Shown here one piece after another: positions 60,361 through 64,000 of a stretch of 64,000 bases of DNA (the stretch's first letter is position 1; each line of letters opens with the position of its first letter). A model generated the notes under the pieces. That model was not told the origin of the DNA. It saw nothing but the letters and a program-made list of their open reading frames with translations, and did not search any database. The stretch lies in assembly GCA_973895155.1 (NCBI GenBank), contig OZ316895.1:15940816-16004815 (forward strand). Direction: 5' to 3'. Source of the DNA: Marsupella aquatica (lineage: Eukaryota > Plantae > Marchantiophyta). The position numbers and the translations under genes were made by a program.

Positions 60361-62447
60361 GTCAGTGTCCATGTTAGGTTTCATAGTCACTTGTTGTTGG
60401 TAGTGTCATGGTTTGTTGTCTGCCAACCGCTTGGATAAACTTTTATGGAATTAGGGTCCATGTTAGACCAAACACTTGTTTCTGGCAAAGTTGACTGTGG
60501 TTTGTGTTGGCCAAGTATTCCTGCCCAAATGGACAGAGGCATTTTATCCACTAATGGATCAAGGTCATCTGAGGGTGAATGCTACCAAAACATAAACCAA
60601 CATCTATGAGGCTAGATTGGGCAAAATGCATTGGGGATTGGAGTAGGCAATGTACAGGTTTGGGGAGCATTTATGCACTGTTGTGTTGACTCATGTTATA
60701 GTGCTGCATGGCCCAAGGCATGCGGCCTAAGGTGTGAGAGAGGATAGTTGTGGGGGGGGGGGGGGGAGATTATGTGGAGGGGGCGATGGTGATGTGACAG
60801 GAGGGCAGGGAAGGGAGTGTACAAACTCAGTGCATTTGGTTTTCTTTGGGTTGGTCAAGCTGTGGGCCACCCTAGCCCATTGAATGCTCTATCTCAGATT
60901 CAATGGATGGGGGCGGGGAGCGGGCACGGAGAGGAAGAAATGGGCAGGGAAAAGTGGGGGGGGGGGCAGTGAGAGGGAAAACAGATAAATAAAGGAAAAT
61001 AGAAAAAATAATGAGAAAATGAACATAGGAGTGGGGAAGGGGTCATCTCTTTTCCTGCCCAACAGCTTCACCTAACCTGCCCCCTTGTGTTGATTAGCTC
61101 TCAGATGAAGCTCACTTTGCCTCTCACCCCAACCCTCTTGTACCTTCCATCCCTATTTCCGCTTGCAATCTTTCTACCCAATCATCTTTTGCATAATTTC
61201 TGAAGTTCATGCAACAATATTTTTGCAATGGGAACTCTTTTTGCAATGATACACTTTCACAATAACAGACTTTTCACTATGACATACCTTCTGAAACAAC
61301 CCACGTTTGGCAGTGACACACTTACACAACGATACACTTTCTATGATGATAGCACAACCACAATAACTCTGCAACACATGGCTTGTAAAATATAATATAA
61401 GAACAAAAAATTTCTTACACCCTATTATGGGATGATCATGCATATATACTTAAAAATTTTATTTGAGTAAAAAAGAAAATTTTAAAAACAGACCATCTTA
61501 GTTTTAGGATTCATGCAAGAGTTAACAATGCACAGATGCTCATGCAGATGATCTCTCATTGTTCTTGTGGGCGTTCCTTACTACTTCAGGAACAAGAAGA
61601 GATGAGAGATCACATGAGCAGTTTGAGGATAGCTGGCTATTGAAGGGTTTTAGAGTTTGGACCATTATGTGCTTCTTTGACATAGGTGGTTGTGCATTAA
61701 TTATTGTTGTCATAGAATTAGGTGTTGCCATGTAGCATTAGAATTTCCAGTTGGGAAAATTATAATGTATTCCAATATTTCATTAGTCAGGTTTATGCTT
61801 GGTAACTTATCCTCTCTTCCAGGGCCAAGGCCTAAACGAGGGCCAAAAACCACCTCGGGCTGCCCATAATCCCCTCAAGAGGATGGGTTACCGTACACAA
61901 TATGCCTCCTTGCATACCTCAGTTGACATAATACCCCTCTCATGAAAACTTCTGGAAGCCCTTAATCAAACATTACAGTACGCTATCTTGCTAAAAAGGT
62001 TCCGTTGTCAGGTTACAGAATGAGAAAAAGACAGGAGCCAGTCCTAGCTCTTTATCATAAACTGATTTTTTTACTTCATCAGATCCACCCACACACTCTT
62101 AGTATCTCAAATTCCTGCCCGAGCTGCACACCTAATGGCACACTCACAATGATAACATGGCCATAAAGATTTCATGATCAAAACAATCTCATGGTCAAAG
62201 CAATCAAGAATTATAATACAAGGTCCCGCTCTTTTATAGAGTGGTCATCCTTAGAATTTGCAGGCCCAAAAGGTAAACAATCTAACAAAGAGACCAATAA
62301 ACAAAACATTAATTACATTTAGTGTGAAGGGGAAAAGCTACACTGTTTTCCAAGCAAGAAAAATAGGTTGCCAATGCACAAGAGCCCTTTGGGTACCATC
62401 CATGCATATACCCTGTTCATCCCTCCACCTTTTTTACCACTATAATA

Positions 62448-62722
62448 CTTGAGGGTTTCATTTCCACAAAAATGACACATCACCTGCAACGAAAGATAAG
62501 GTCATTTATTGGTTCTAAGTGAAAATTTAAAAATTTGTGTAGAAGAACAATAAGATCTTTTAAATTCAATTTTGAGATATATAAGAACAATAGGGTCTTT
62601 TAAATCAAAATTTTAGAGTATTCCAAGAATTTTCCAACTTTATAGGGGTTTAAAAATATAAAAAAATTTCTTACATTTTACGGGGTCGGAGGCCTAAAAA
62701 TGTCACAAGTGATGGGGAGGTC
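62448..62722. mobile_element. Degenerate copy of the 48832-49127 MITE
   Basis: Aligns along its length (ttccacaaaaatg..., gtagaagaacaata, ccaactttataggggtt, gtgatggggaggtc); right TIR missing. Confidence 0.8.
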
Positions 62723-63679
62723 ACTATCCCCATCACTTTTATATTTATTTCTCTAAAAATTTGAATTAAAAAAACCATATTTTTCCTCTCCCTCGATTGT
62801 GCATGGAATCTATGATGTGGTGGCCGCTATCTCCAGTCTCAAATTCCTATGTGCAATGGATGGGTTATTGAACACAACCACAAAAGTGTATGGTTGGGAT
62901 CACACTTAACATGTCTCGATAACTACATTATAAAACTTATAATTTCCGCTTTCACCTTGACATCTTTTCTCACCTTGACATATTTTTCTGATCTTCACAT
63001 ATTTATCTCATCTCAATATATTTTCCTTGCCTTGTCATCTTTTCTCACATTGACATCTTTATTTTACACCATATTTTATTTTACCACAATATTTTTTTCT
63101 CACCCTCCATATTTTTTTTAACCTTGATATCTTATCTTTGTCTCATTGTGTCATCCTTTTTTCACTTTAACATCTTTCTCTCACCAATGACCTCACACTG
63201 GCCATCTTTTCTCTCCTCCATTTCTTTGCCTAGGGCTAGAAACCTTCTCTACAACTAACGACATCGGGCTAATAAATCTTTTTAGAGTCAACTCGTGAGG
63301 AGATGCTACGGTCAGTTGACTCAGTTCTGAAATGGAATGATCGAGGGTTTAGGGTCAGGGATCTTGGACTCCAGGGTTTATGAGGTTTGAGCCTTTGAGA
63401 GCTGAGTTGGCCTTGAAGTGATCGACCGAGCTCGATGGCCTAGGTGATGGCCACAAGCCGATGATGTAGTCCTTCAGGGACCCAATCAAATTGCCTTCGA
63501 CCTCTAGTGTGCGGGAATTCCCAGATAATGGATCCATACTCCGGGAGTGATTCCGTGGTTCAGAGTTCCTATCCGATTTTAATATTTCGATCCGCTATTT
63601 GGTTCTGATTTTGACCTTCAGAGGCGGAATTGAATAACGAGGATTAGGGTTAAGGTCGGGTGCCAGTGCAGCTACAGCA

Positions 63680-64000
63680 ATGGCGGACACGGTGCAGTAT
63701 CACCTGGAGCGCATGGTGCCAGAGCTGGACGACTTGGAGAAGCGAGGGTTGTTCACGAGGAAGGAGATTAAGGCGATAGTAAAGAAGAGGAGTGATTTCG
63801 AGTACTTGTTGAAGCGGCATTCTGCCGATAAGCGGAATTTTTTTCAGTACATAGAGTATGAGAAGAAGCTGGAGGCATTGAGGAGGTTGCGGAAGAAGGC
63901 TCTTGTCAGGGATCTGAAGGGCACAGGGGAGAAATGGAAGCACTCTCTGTGCGATAAAGCTAGCAGCATGCGTATCATGCAAATCTTCGAGCGGGCTCTG
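63680..64000 (+). CDS. UTP6: U3 snoRNA-associated protein 6 homolog, 5' part (runs off the window)
   Basis: MADTVQYHLERMVPELDDLEKRGLFTRKEIKAIVKKRSDFEYLLKR...FFQYIEYEKKLEALRRLRKK matches the U3_assoc_6 N-terminus. Confidence 0.92.
   Translation, partial: MADTVQYHLERMVPELDDLEKRGLFTRKEIKAIVKKRSDFEYLLKRHSADKRNFFQYIEYEKKLEALRRLRKKALVRDLKGTGEKWKHSLCDKASSMRIMQIFERAL

Noticed and set aside
63344-63652. Telo-box-like AGGGTTTAGGGT/TTAGGGTT near UTP6
   Set aside because: Not an exact TAGGGTTT match; too weak to call.
63650-63982. 110-aa minus-strand ORF
   Set aside because: It is the antisense shadow of UTP6, which the ORF track missed because it runs off the window.

Overview
Repeat-rich land-plant nuclear DNA (intron-containing genes, plant-type transposons; species cannot be determined from the sequence). 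Host genes: a chloroplast RluA-type RNA pseudouridine synthase (37.6-41.1 kb), PEX4/UBC21 (51.9-53.0 kb) and the start of UTP6 (63.7 kb). The left half is a transposon nest: a decayed Helitron, then a Mutator-like element (12425-35871, 10-bp TSD) into which an apparently intact 19-kb CACTA/En-Spm element (13408-32428, CTT TSD) has inserted. The most notable feature is an extra intact gene in the CACTA, upstream of the TnpD and TnpA-like genes. It encodes a stand-alone EDM2-type composite PHD reader whose N-terminus (ARNKQKA) resembles the histone H3 tail (ARTKQTA), making it a candidate transposon-encoded chromatin decoy or anti-silencing factor. The CACTA also carries a 578-bp satellite with a 36-bp palindrome in each unit. 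The Mutator element carries a DUF1917/C11orf68-like gene convergent with its transposase. Also present are a truncated Copia, a solo LTR, a short-LTR Copia-like element, LINE fragments and an 8-bp-TSD MITE family. All family assignments come from motif recognition by eye; no database search was run.
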